Of a stretch of 64,000 bases of DNA, positions 52,004 through 61,670 are shown piece after piece (position 1 is the first letter of the stretch; each line of letters opens with the position of its first letter). This stretch comes from a virus. Lineage: Duplodnaviria; Caudoviricetes. The stretch is from IMG/VR virus record IMGVR_UViG_3300036770_007283, one strand, 5' to 3'. Below the pieces are notes generated by a model. That model worked only from the letters and a program-made list of their open reading frames with translations, did not search any database and had not been told where the DNA came from. The position numbers and the translations under genes were made by a program.

Positions 52004-52342
52004 TTACCTCATGTTAATAGGTGTATATCTTATTTCTTCAATAGTCTTTGCTTTTTCACAAAAGTTTTTTATTTTAGATAGGTGACGATCTAAAATCTCC
52101 CTATCTTTAAAATCTGAATTATTAATAATAATATGTTTCCTTATTAATAATTCTACCACAATCTCATCTTCCCTTGGGAATGGTTCTTTCCCAGTAACTA
52201 TTTCGGTACAGTTATTACTAGAAGTAATTCTAGGCCCTTCTTTACCTAGCTTATCATATATAAAATTTACTATATTATTAACTGTTTTTTCCAGCTCAAA
52301 ATTATATTCTGAGTTATTATTAAAAATTTTTACAGAAAACAC
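52004..52342 (-). CDS. Hypothetical protein (GTG start overlapping the upstream TAG)
   Basis: Fills the gap in the operon; GAGGTG RBS. Confidence 0.6.
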   Translation of the reverse strand: MFSVKIFNNNSEYNFELEKTVNNIVNFIYDKLGKEGPRITSSNNCTEIVTGKEPFPREDEIVVELLIRKHIIINNSDFKDREILDRHLSKIKNFCEKAKTIEEIRYTPINMR

Positions 52343-52845
52343 TATTTCACCTCATATTCCAGCATATTTTCTAAAACTTCTATATTAACATTCTTGGTCA
52401 AAAACTTCTTATTAATACCTGTTGGGTCAAGTTCAATTACATATTGCCCAGGTAAAACCCTAGCCTCCCAATAACCTTCCGTATCTGTTTCCCTACTTTT
52501 AATAAGTATACCCTTAGGGTCGTAAACTTTAATATACACACCCTTCAATGGTTTTCTGGCCTGATTCTTTACCCTACCAAATAACTTTACCGTATGGGCA
52601 GCCTCTGATGTAGGCTTGCTTGGAGGCACCACGGCAGTTGCAGTAGGCATTGCTGGAACTGTTGCAGTGGGTACTGGTAGACTTGCTGCAACAGTCGGTA
52701 CTGGTACGGTTGCCATTTTAGATATTTTATTGTTTAATAATTTTATATTGCTATCAATATTTACAATTTCTTTTCTTAACTCTTTAACTTCATCAAGAAG
52801 CTCATAAATAACATCTATAGCAGATTGTTCACGATTCTTGCTCAT
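52342..52845 (-). CDS. Coiled-coil + Pro/Thr/Ala linker + carboxypeptidase-regulatory-like beta-sandwich protein
   Basis: N-terminal heptad helix, low-complexity linker, and GRVKNQARKPLKGVYIKVYD...TDTEGYW...PGQYVIE (CarboxypepD_reg-like pattern). Confidence 0.7.
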   Translation of the reverse strand: MSKNREQSAIDVIYELLDEVKELRKEIVNIDSNIKLLNNKISKMATVPVPTVAASLPVPTATVPAMPTATAVVPPSKPTSEAAHTVKLFGRVKNQARKPLKGVYIKVYDPKGILIKSRETDTEGYWEARVLPGQYVIELDPTGINKKFLTKNVNIEVLENMLEYEVK

Positions 52846-55800
52846 GGTGTAATAAACCCAGTTCTATATGTATTCGATGCTTCCACTATATTATTAGTGG
52901 TTAAAGTTGGTGAATAGGAAAGCAAAACCACATTGCTATAATTTGTATTTGGTGCGGAATTAATTACAATATTGTTACTAATTATAACATTTCTTGTCTC
53001 TGATGCTGCTGACTCTGTAAACATGATGGCCCCCTTCTCCACGCCCATTCTATTTACCAGGCAGTTTGTAAAAAGTATGTTCCCCATTATTAAATTTGAA
53101 ATAGTGTTTAATGTTGCCGAATCTTGCTGGCCACAAAAAATAACAAATTCACCAACTTTATTTGGGTCTGGTATAGAGCCATCTATTGAAGTCGGACCAT
53201 CAAAATTAATATTTGAAAACTTATACATGGCGTTTGGCGATACACCAAGTCCGTCCTTAAACAAAGGTTGTGTTAAAGCAAAAACGCATCCAACCGCAAC
53301 AAGAAAGTCACTGGTCTTATATGTGAAATCAGAAAAAGATACCCCATGCTCAATAAAATCTGATTCTGTACTAGAACTTGAACCAATTAAAAATAAGGCA
53401 GTTGACATATCTACAGCCCTATCTACTAAGGACTCACCCACCCCTAATGTAGAACCCTTCTTCAAAATGGTGCCAGGACCAGAGCCCTTGATAGAAACAT
53501 CAAAGTCGATAACAATAGTCTCATCAATAACGTAAGTTCCATTTTCAATTAAAATAGTCGGTGGACTTATATTTGGAAACATTCTAGAAAATCTTTTGGA
53601 ATATTGAACAGCAGAATATAAATCTGTAAAATGAGAGTGTGCTATATTGTTAGATACCTTAATATCGCCCAAAACCTTTAAATCTAAATTATCAATAAAT
53701 AATCTAAGATCAATATTGGTCGTATTGATTGTATCATTTGATATCTCTGCAAGATAAGCAACATCTTCTTGGAAGAATGGTGAAATTGCATTTCCTGGAT
53801 TTGCAGGATCATTTATATATGAACCTACTACAACACATCCTTGCTTGTTAATTGCAACAATATATGTATAAGAAGAATTTACCCTAACATCTTCTATACC
53901 AGGAAACTCATACCTAATTCCATTAACGACTACCACTCCAGATGTAACGCTAAATATTTGATGGCCATCGTTAATATAAGCTTCATTAACTACCTTACAT
54001 CCCCTGATAATTCCGCTAGCCCTCAGCTCATTTCTAGGGCCTTCAATATATCTCTCTATAAAGGTAGTCCCTATAACTTTATGATCTACGGTACCTGTTA
54101 CCTTCTTATCAACCAAAGAAGGTATCCCTGGATCATTGGAAGTTCCTAAAATTCTACCTAGACCAGTTGAAAAAGCACCACGACATAACATATAGTTATT
54201 GCTACTTACTTCACCAAATCCATAAATAGTTGTAGATATTGATGTAGTAGGTAATGTACTGGCAGATACACTCAATGTTATAAAAGAAAATCCGTCATTT
54301 GCTAAAATATTATAGATTCCACTTGTTCCAACAAAAACTGGTTGGCCTGGCTGTAAGCTAAGATCAGTTAATGTTGCGTATCCTGCGGTATCTATATTAA
54401 GTGTTGCTGTCTCATCAGATAAGATAAATCCTTTTGAAACATCTGAAATAACTGCATAAAAAGAACCAGAAATAATACTGCCTTCTATTTCCAACCTTTT
54501 TGATTGAAAAATGTTTTTATTTTCATCCATAAAAACATCAAATAAGATGGTTCCATCAGCAGTTCCAATTTCTTCAAAAGTAAATTCATCTATTGGTGCC
54601 GTAACTCTAAGGATATGAAATACACTAGCATCATCTAGCTCTCCAAGGAATTGGGAACCTGCCAAATCAAAATAAACAATATCATTTGAAATAGATTTTA
54701 TTCTATAAGTTCCATCATCCGAAATTTCACTAGAACCAGCTATGGCCACCAAGTCACCTACCCTGGCTCCTAATTCAACAAATTTACCACTAAATAATTG
54801 TGCAGACAAACCACCTACTGTTAACTTTACATCTGCACCAGTTAAAGTTTTTACTACTCCAAAATTTTTAAGAATTGAGCCATTTAAAAATAAAGAAGCA
54901 CCAGAAGTTCCTTCGTAAGTAACGTCTAATATATCTGTAAATCCCAAGTCAGAAGTTCCATCATTAGATGGTGCTGCTGAAATCTTTATTGTTCTAAGCT
55001 TTACATCAGAAGATATGTTGGGGATATTATGAGAGATTGCCAGTTCTTGACAATTACTTATCTTAACTGGAAAAGCTGTAATGTTAAGATGCTGATCTAC
55101 TGACTGGTCATTTATTTTTTGAACAATAGAATCCAGTGATTGCTCTGCAATAGTTGAATTATAAGTTTCTAATGTAAAAGGTACTTCATCAATTTCAATT
55201 ATAAAATTATGATTTGTTGCAGTTATATTGCTGGGCTTTATATTTTTAGATATTATTGTTGCACAATCTGGATTTAAAATCTGAACATCTGGTGTATTTG
55301 TTTTGTTAGCACGTGGTCTAGTTACGGTAGCAAACCCTGCTGGATTATAACTAGTATATCCATTTTTATTTACTTTAATTGTTAAACCAGAAGTAGAAAT
55401 ATATTTGGGACCACCATAAACTTCAACTTCTTGTAAAAGTAGTCCAGACAACTTAACTGACTTTATTTGATAAGTTATATTATCTTCTTCATTACTGGAG
55501 CCAGATAAAGTTAACAAATCGTATTGGTTAATTTCGGCAATTGGTTCTTTTGGTGTTGATAAAATAAAGGTAGTTGTAGAACTGCCAGATGAATATAGAT
55601 AAGTTACAGATGTGATATCCAATAATAATTTAGAAAAGGTATTTGATTCAAATGCACTATTTACCTTACCATTTCTAACACGACCGTTGGATGCTAAATT
55701 TGTTAGGGTGTCTTTAAATGAAAAGTCTTCTAGATTGGCCAGGACCTCTACTGCACTTTGTAAATCATTAACAGTAGATAGCGGTGGTGTATTTGCATTA

Positions 55801-56426
55801 TCAAAAAATATTTGTGATGCTACATGTGAATTATTTATACTGGAGATATTAGCGCCGCTGTAATTAATATGAGAATTATAAATCTCTTGTAAAGTATTTT
55901 GTAGGGTATTAGATTCCAAATCTAATGTAGCAATATCAGATGGTATTGAATCAGCAGCATCAACTTTTATTGAATTTGCTTTGTGGCTATTTAAAGCATT
56001 TGGTTCTAAGTGTATAGCTAATCTAACAGAAAGATCCTCTATAGCTTGTTTTATAGAATCTATTTCTGAATCGAGTATAGATATTTCACTTTGTAGTAAT
56101 TGCGTTGGAAAATCTAATCTTAACTTGGACTCACGTATAGCAGCAACCTTGGAAACATCGGAATCAATAATTGGACCAGCCAGGACGTTTGCCCTATCCA
56201 GTGCTTCTTTTAGCAAGTTACCATTAGAATCTAGCGAAGTAGCTAACCTGTTAGAAAGCGTATTGCCAGTAGCACCCTGAGGATTTATGCCTAAAGTTTT
56301 TTCAATATTGAATATAGCAGAACGAAGGCTGTTGATAACATCAGAGCCTATTTCTGTAATATTATCTCTGACCGGTGGGATTTCTGTTGATGTATCTAGT
56401 TTTTGTGGATACTTAGAAGATGGCAT
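52842..56426 (-). CDS. Fibre/appendage protein with C-terminal pectin-lyase-like parallel beta-helix (paralogue 1)
   Basis: HFTDLYSAV...ILIENGTYVIDETIVIDFDVSIKGSGPGT is a beta-helix entry motif, followed by Asn-ladder strands (NVIISNNIVIN). The N-terminus is shared with the neighbouring gene. Confidence 0.65.
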   Translation of the reverse strand: MPSSKYPQKLDTSTEIPPVRDNITEIGSDVINSLRSAIFNIEKTLGINPQGATGNTLSNRLATSLDSNGNLLKEALDRANVLAGPIIDSDVSKVAAIRESKLRLDFPTQLLQSEISILDSEIDSIKQAIEDLSVRLAIHLEPNALNSHKANSIKVDAADSIPSDIATLDLESNTLQNTLQEIYNSHINYSGANISSINNSHVASQIFFDNANTPPLSTVNDLQSAVEVLANLEDFSFKDTLTNLASNGRVRNGKVNSAFESNTFSKLLLDITSVTYLYSSGSSTTTFILSTPKEPIAEINQYDLLTLSGSSNEEDNITYQIKSVKLSGLLLQEVEVYGGPKYISTSGLTIKVNKNGYTSYNPAGFATVTRPRANKTNTPDVQILNPDCATIISKNIKPSNITATNHNFIIEIDEVPFTLETYNSTIAEQSLDSIVQKINDQSVDQHLNITAFPVKISNCQELAISHNIPNISSDVKLRTIKISAAPSNDGTSDLGFTDILDVTYEGTSGASLFLNGSILKNFGVVKTLTGADVKLTVGGLSAQLFSGKFVELGARVGDLVAIAGSSEISDDGTYRIKSISNDIVYFDLAGSQFLGELDDASVFHILRVTAPIDEFTFEEIGTADGTILFDVFMDENKNIFQSKRLEIEGSIISGSFYAVISDVSKGFILSDETATLNIDTAGYATLTDLSLQPGQPVFVGTSGIYNILANDGFSFITLSVSASTLPTTSISTTIYGFGEVSSNNYMLCRGAFSTGLGRILGTSNDPGIPSLVDKKVTGTVDHKVIGTTFIERYIEGPRNELRASGIIRGCKVVNEAYINDGHQIFSVTSGVVVVNGIRYEFPGIEDVRVNSSYTYIVAINKQGCVVVGSYINDPANPGNAISPFFQEDVAYLAEISNDTINTTNIDLRLFIDNLDLKVLGDIKVSNNIAHSHFTDLYSAVQYSKRFSRMFPNISPPTILIENGTYVIDETIVIDFDVSIKGSGPGTILKKGSTLGVGESLVDRAVDMSTALFLIGSSSSTESDFIEHGVSFSDFTYKTSDFLVAVGCVFALTQPLFKDGLGVSPNAMYKFSNINFDGPTSIDGSIPDPNKVGEFVIFCGQQDSATLNTISNLIMGNILFTNCLVNRMGVEKGAIMFTESAASETRNVIISNNIVINSAPNTNYSNVVLLSYSPTLTTNNIVEASNTYRTGFITP

Positions 56427-59400
56427 TATAATAGTCCTAAAGCTTCTGAAATATTGTTAAATTCAAAGTAAGCCTTTATATAAAAGAAGTCTATGTAGCT
56501 TAAATCATTGTGACTTAACTCTATGAAATAAAAGCTGTCGTCTGAAATAATCTCGTCAACCCCGGTGAAGTTGACGATGTTTAAAGCACCACTAACTACA
56601 GCACCTGTGCTAATAGTATTTGTGTAATGGTTTACTTTGATGTTTATGGGTGGTAATGAAGGCGAAGTCTTAAAAATACTGCTTAATGTTGCTGTTATTA
56701 AAGTATTTGGACTTAGCTTGAGTCCTACCATGAAATTAGTTAATTTACATCCAGCAGGTAGACGATCTAAGATTAGAGAAGTAGATTGACCTACTGGTGT
56801 CCTAGATGCTGTTAGTGTATAAGAGTAAGCGCCGACCGACAGAGATGACTGAGCGTGTGTTGCGGTAGATGAAGTTAAACCATCAGTAACACTTACACAA
56901 TTTGAGAATCTATATGTTTGTGAGAATGACTTCGTTGTTAGATAACTAAAATCATCCTCTGTTCTAACCAACCCCTTAGCATAAAGGTTTGAGTTTGCAT
57001 GTATAATTCCACCAACACGTAAGTCTTTACTAATCCTATCGGACCAAGAACCCAAACCAGAATAAATTGAAGGTCTAGAACCATCTGCCGTCGCCACAGT
57101 TCCTGTTGCTGTATTTCCTGAAATGGTAATATTTGAACCAGAATCTGCGCTGTTAAAAGTAACTATATCGATATTTATTAATGATGTTGTACTGGACTCT
57201 GCAACAAATCTGTTGTTTGTTATAGATATGTTTTTGGTTTCATTTGCAGATGAAAAGATGATTGCAGAGCCAGATGTATCTGCAGGATCTGTTATAAAGC
57301 TACAATTACTGATTGATAAATTACCCTTGCTTGTAGTTGTATCATCAAATTCTACTGACAATATAGAACTAAATTTAAATGATGCATCTATAGGATTTGG
57401 TGATTCAAAGTTTTGATGATCAAAAGTAATGTTGTCTATTGATATTAAAAATGGCAAATTGTCTGAACCATCTTTTATGTTTAAGTCAAAGCAAGTAATC
57501 TTTGAGTTATTCATTTTGAAGTTACTAAAGGTATAATTTCCCTTGTCTATTTTTTCAATAGGTACCGTATGCGATGCAAAACCTTTTCCGCACAATATAA
57601 AGGTTCCCTTGTATGTATAGGTTACATCTGTATAGATGTATTTGTTTCTTAACACAACCTCGGTAGAATCACCCTCGCCATATATAGAAACAGGAAAGTC
57701 TATTACCAGGCCGGCCTTTGCTAGGGCATCTACCAGCTCAGTGGTTGTTGTTATTGATGATTGCGAGGCCCAATCCGCATAAGATAGGTTTGGTTCAAAA
57801 ACTACCTCTACATTATGGGTTCCTGATTTTAGATGAATAGCAGGAACACCAGCCTTGGGAAATAAAGATGAAAATCTTTTTGCATATTTAACAGCTTCGC
57901 CTAATTCTGAAAAATGACCCATTCCTATTTGCGGACTAACTGTTATTGAGTTTAGTAATTTTAAGTCCAAGTTATCAACAAATAACCTGAGGTCTATATT
58001 ATAGATACTAGTTCCATCCCACTCCAAAGTGGCTAATGGACAAGCTTCTAGATATTCTAACGGACTTAAACAACTTGGGGTTGATGATTCTACAATTATT
58101 TGGCCATCTTCATTTACATAAATAAATATTTTGTCAATAACAGCAGAATCTATATGTGTTATAAAATTTGTAGTCTTTGGAATTTTTATTCTTTTTCCTC
58201 TAACATAGCAAGTTCCGCTTTCTATGTTGAATGTAAAGTATCCAGAAGTTAAAACCGGGCTTGTTATTTCCAAACCATTAACTACACCATTAGATCTTAA
58301 CTCAGCCCTTGGTTTATTTAAAAGGTTTTCCTTAGCACTGGTAGATAAATCATTTTCACTGATCAAACCAAAATCTGTTTTCTTAATTGCTCTTGAAGAA
58401 TATTCATAACCAACAATGCTTCCATTGCCAGTATAGTTGTTGTATGGAAACCTAGCTATTTTTAAATTACTATCCGTGTTTAATCCATCAAAACCATACA
58501 ACGTCATATTTATTTCTGTTGACAACATAGATGTTATTTTAGAGACAACATCTGCAACGCTAGGTATATAAAATTTAAACCTTAGATCTTTTATTCCAGA
58601 AGTAATCCAAAAGTAATTATTGTCACCATAAACATCTACTTCTTTACCACCATCAAGTGAAAGTGTAATGAAGTCTATATTATTCTTTATGTTTAAAGTA
58701 AAGTTTTCTTCAGTAAGTTCACCATCAAAATCTAACAAGGTAATCAAGGACTTTATTCCAAATAATAAAACCGTATACTCTACCCTTTTATCTGCAACTA
58801 AGTCCCGGTCTTCGTTTAAGAAGATGTCAAATAGCGAACCACCAAAGGTGCTGGATACTTTATCAAAAGTATAATTATCTAGATTATAGGTGTTAGAAAA
58901 TACCTTAAAGTTTGTTAAATCATCTGAGGAGCCCAAGAACCCTGATGGTAGCTGGGCAGCAGAAATAGTTAACTGGTTACTAGATACTGATTGTATAACA
59001 TAAGTTCCATTATCATTACTATTAGTTGCGTTGGTAATGATCAAAAGATCTTGATTTTTAATACCTCTTTTTAAGAAGTCAACTTGTTGATCTGTATTGG
59101 TCACAATATTAGATAGTGATAAAAAGATGAGTGAATTACTATCTAGCTTGGACTTTAATCCAGTAAAAGGTTTACCACCAATATAATATTGCGTTCCAAA
59201 TTTAGAATAGACAGGTAAATCTTCAACATGAGAAAATCCGCAAGAATCAATAGCATCATCTGAACCTCTAGATATTGTAATGTAATGACTTACAGTGTCT
59301 GTATCTGGCAAGTTATATACTATTGCTATTTCTGGCTGTAAATCTTCATAAAAAACCTTATAAGCCAAAAAATCATAAGCACCTTCTGCACATTGCTCGT

Positions 59401-60730
59401 TGATCCGACTAATGATAGATTCTAGTGTTTGTGTAGTTACTGAATTATTGTACAGATCTAGAATAATTGTTGTGCCACCATCAATTGAAATATTTATATA
59501 TCTATTTGATACCGAAATATTGTATGGATTAATTCCCTTTGTAATTACGCTGACAGCATTTGGATTAGCTAACTGTACAGTTCTGGCAGAAGTAAGTGTT
59601 GCTTCTTCTCTAGCGGTAGCCAATAGTGCTGCTTCGTTTGTTTTGACTTTTGTATTTTTAGTGATTTTAATTACAGTATTGGCAGTTGAGTTTTCAGAAA
59701 AATTACCAATTACAGTTACTGTATTTAATATGTTAGATGTTTTTGAAAATCTTATTATTTCAAAACTTCCAATATATGATGCACCACTATTTGAAGTATC
59801 AGATATAGTAACAATGTCTGATTTTTCTAGATAAAAATTAGATATATCTACTGTATCATTTAAAGTTATTAAAACTTCATTATATTCATTGTTTAAAGAT
59901 TTAGAGAAAGAAGCAGAGGCAGATTCTACTAGAACCTTACCAATAGATGCATTTAATGGTGTGTTTATATTTCCAACTCTAAGAATTCCATTAGAATGCA
60001 TTAAATCCTGATGCTCTATGACCGAGGCATCAAGGTTAGAAGCTAAGTCTTCTATGGCATCTTGAACATTTATATTTTTTATAACGCTAGAGACGTTAGT
60101 ATTATCAAAATAAACTTGAGATGCTAAGTGAGAATTATTTTCTGAAGATATATTGAGACCGGTATAATTAATGTGGGCATCGATAATATCTTCAAAAGCA
60201 GATTGCACGGTCCCAGATGCCAAATTTTTTATAGCAACATCATCACCATTAGCAATGTAACTTGAAATGCTTATTGATTTAGCGGGGTGTCTATTTAAAG
60301 AACCTGGATATATGTGTAAAGATAGTTCTGTTGATAGTGTAGAAATTTGTGAAATAATATCATCAAGTGTACTATTTAAAATAGAAATTTCATTTTGAAG
60401 AAGCTGGGTAGGAAAATCTAGTTTAAGTTTAGATTCTTGAATAGCTGCAACTTTGGAAACATCGGCATCAATAATTGGGCCAGTTAGAATATTTGCATTA
60501 GATAATGCTTCTGACTTTATATTACCGTTTGAGTCCAGTGACTTATTTAATCTTTCAGAAAGTGTATTGCCAACAGCTCCCTGTGGATTTATACCTAAAG
60601 TTTTTTCAATGTTGAATATAGCAGACCGAAGGCTATTAATAACATCAGAACCCACTTCAAGTATATTATCCCTAACAGGCTGTATTTCAATAGAAGTATC
60701 TAGCTGTTGCGGATATTTTGATTTTGGCAT
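56426..60730 (-). CDS. Fibre/appendage protein with beta-helix and an additional C-terminal domain (paralogue 2)
   Basis: HFSELGEAV...IHLKSGTHNV...DFPVSIYGEGDST, and NISITNNRF / NITISGNTA strands. The N-terminus is near-identical to paralogue 1. Confidence 0.65.
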   Translation of the reverse strand: MPKSKYPQQLDTSIEIQPVRDNILEVGSDVINSLRSAIFNIEKTLGINPQGAVGNTLSERLNKSLDSNGNIKSEALSNANILTGPIIDADVSKVAAIQESKLKLDFPTQLLQNEISILNSTLDDIISQISTLSTELSLHIYPGSLNRHPAKSISISSYIANGDDVAIKNLASGTVQSAFEDIIDAHINYTGLNISSENNSHLASQVYFDNTNVSSVIKNINVQDAIEDLASNLDASVIEHQDLMHSNGILRVGNINTPLNASIGKVLVESASASFSKSLNNEYNEVLITLNDTVDISNFYLEKSDIVTISDTSNSGASYIGSFEIIRFSKTSNILNTVTVIGNFSENSTANTVIKITKNTKVKTNEAALLATAREEATLTSARTVQLANPNAVSVITKGINPYNISVSNRYINISIDGGTTIILDLYNNSVTTQTLESIISRINEQCAEGAYDFLAYKVFYEDLQPEIAIVYNLPDTDTVSHYITISRGSDDAIDSCGFSHVEDLPVYSKFGTQYYIGGKPFTGLKSKLDSNSLIFLSLSNIVTNTDQQVDFLKRGIKNQDLLIITNATNSNDNGTYVIQSVSSNQLTISAAQLPSGFLGSSDDLTNFKVFSNTYNLDNYTFDKVSSTFGGSLFDIFLNEDRDLVADKRVEYTVLLFGIKSLITLLDFDGELTEENFTLNIKNNIDFITLSLDGGKEVDVYGDNNYFWITSGIKDLRFKFYIPSVADVVSKITSMLSTEINMTLYGFDGLNTDSNLKIARFPYNNYTGNGSIVGYEYSSRAIKKTDFGLISENDLSTSAKENLLNKPRAELRSNGVVNGLEITSPVLTSGYFTFNIESGTCYVRGKRIKIPKTTNFITHIDSAVIDKIFIYVNEDGQIIVESSTPSCLSPLEYLEACPLATLEWDGTSIYNIDLRLFVDNLDLKLLNSITVSPQIGMGHFSELGEAVKYAKRFSSLFPKAGVPAIHLKSGTHNVEVVFEPNLSYADWASQSSITTTTELVDALAKAGLVIDFPVSIYGEGDSTEVVLRNKYIYTDVTYTYKGTFILCGKGFASHTVPIEKIDKGNYTFSNFKMNNSKITCFDLNIKDGSDNLPFLISIDNITFDHQNFESPNPIDASFKFSSILSVEFDDTTTSKGNLSISNCSFITDPADTSGSAIIFSSANETKNISITNNRFVAESSTTSLINIDIVTFNSADSGSNITISGNTATGTVATADGSRPSIYSGLGSWSDRISKDLRVGGIIHANSNLYAKGLVRTEDDFSYLTTKSFSQTYRFSNCVSVTDGLTSSTATHAQSSLSVGAYSYTLTASRTPVGQSTSLILDRLPAGCKLTNFMVGLKLSPNTLITATLSSIFKTSPSLPPINIKVNHYTNTISTGAVVSGALNIVNFTGVDEIISDDSFYFIELSHNDLSYIDFFYIKAYFEFNNISEALGLL

Positions 60731-60762
60731 TATTTCCTCTAAAACTATCTTTAACTTTAGTA

Positions 60763-61065
60763 TTAATTATTCTTATTCTTTGGTATCGCCACAGTTTCGT
60801 CCAACATGTTTTTTTGACCTGCCGAATCTTCATTAGTAAGGAGTGACTTAATTCTTTCTTTATCTAACTCTATGGTTTGCTCTTTACAATCTTCAAACTC
60901 TAAATATTGTTCATGATTGCTTTTGCTATTTTTAATAATATTTAAGGCCTCACTAATTGTCTGCCTATCATCTGAATAATTTAAGCTTAGATTGGCAACT
61001 TTTTTAAGTAATTTTGTATTACCTACCTTTAGGTAATCCATAAGCCAGATTAATTGTTTGGACAT
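60763..61065 (-). CDS. Hypothetical protein
   Basis: ORF fills the operon gap; no recognisable motif. Confidence 0.6.
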   Translation of the reverse strand: MSKQLIWLMDYLKVGNTKLLKKVANLSLNYSDDRQTISEALNIIKNSKSNHEQYLEFEDCKEQTIELDKERIKSLLTNEDSAGQKNMLDETVAIPKNKNN

Positions 61066-61074
61066 TTTTAAACC

Positions 61075-61662
61075 TTATTGAAATTTTTCCATTTGAGGTA
61101 TTCTTTTTCTAGTACGGGATACTTTCTTGGTACCCTCTAGTAGAGATTGTGCATTAACTTGAACTGGCTTTAATGCTTCGCTAACAACTTCCTCTACCTT
61201 AGAACCAGTAGACTTAGCAACATCTTTAACCACATCCTTAATTACATCTTGGGCCATATCAGAAACTACTTCAGATACCAAGCTTTGAATAGGTTGTGGT
61301 GAGCTTTCTTCCATAACTGCAGCAGGGATTGATTCTAAGCTTGATAGTGGTTTTTCAAATTCATCAGTTTTTTCCAAATCTGATTCGCTAGATGGGACGG
61401 TTAGTTGCCTTTGTAACACCGTATTTTCTGCATCTGTTTTGTATTTTCTATCAGTCCATCTTCTAGAAACATAAGCTGTAAAAGTAGAGCCAAGATAAAT
61501 TGCCATAATGGAGCCATCTAAGGCTTGAAAAGTTACAGAATAATTATCAACAGCGACGGTCCCGAATGTTGATAAAAATACATTCAAAGTTACAATTAAA
61601 AAAGAGAAAGCTGCAAATGTTAACATTGCATCTTTTTTACCGTTTGTATTTTTTAACCACAT
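61075..61662 (-). CDS. Two-TM membrane protein, possibly a holin (start revised to MWLK)
   Basis: Hydrophobic segments AMLTFAAFSFLIVTLNVFLSTF and GSIMAIYLGSTFTAYVS, then a long acidic tail ending in a basic patch. AGGAG-N5-ATG. Confidence 0.55.
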   Translation of the reverse strand: MWLKNTNGKKDAMLTFAAFSFLIVTLNVFLSTFGTVAVDNYSVTFQALDGSIMAIYLGSTFTAYVSRRWTDRKYKTDAENTVLQRQLTVPSSESDLEKTDEFEKPLSSLESIPAAVMEESSPQPIQSLVSEVVSDMAQDVIKDVVKDVAKSTGSKVEEVVSEALKPVQVNAQSLLEGTKKVSRTRKRIPQMEKFQ

Positions 61663-61670
61663 AATCACTC

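Noticed and set aside
9155-60730. Inteins or group I introns as the explanation for the very long structural genes
   Set aside because: I found no intein splice-junction (C/S...HN-C/S/T with LAGLIDADG) signatures, and the reading frames are uninterrupted.
52842-60730. Diversity-generating retroelement TR/VR pair or invertible fibre cassette
   Set aside because: The repeats are diverged paralogous 5' ends, not adenine-specific variants of 3' ends. No reverse transcriptase, invertase or flanking inverted repeats were seen.
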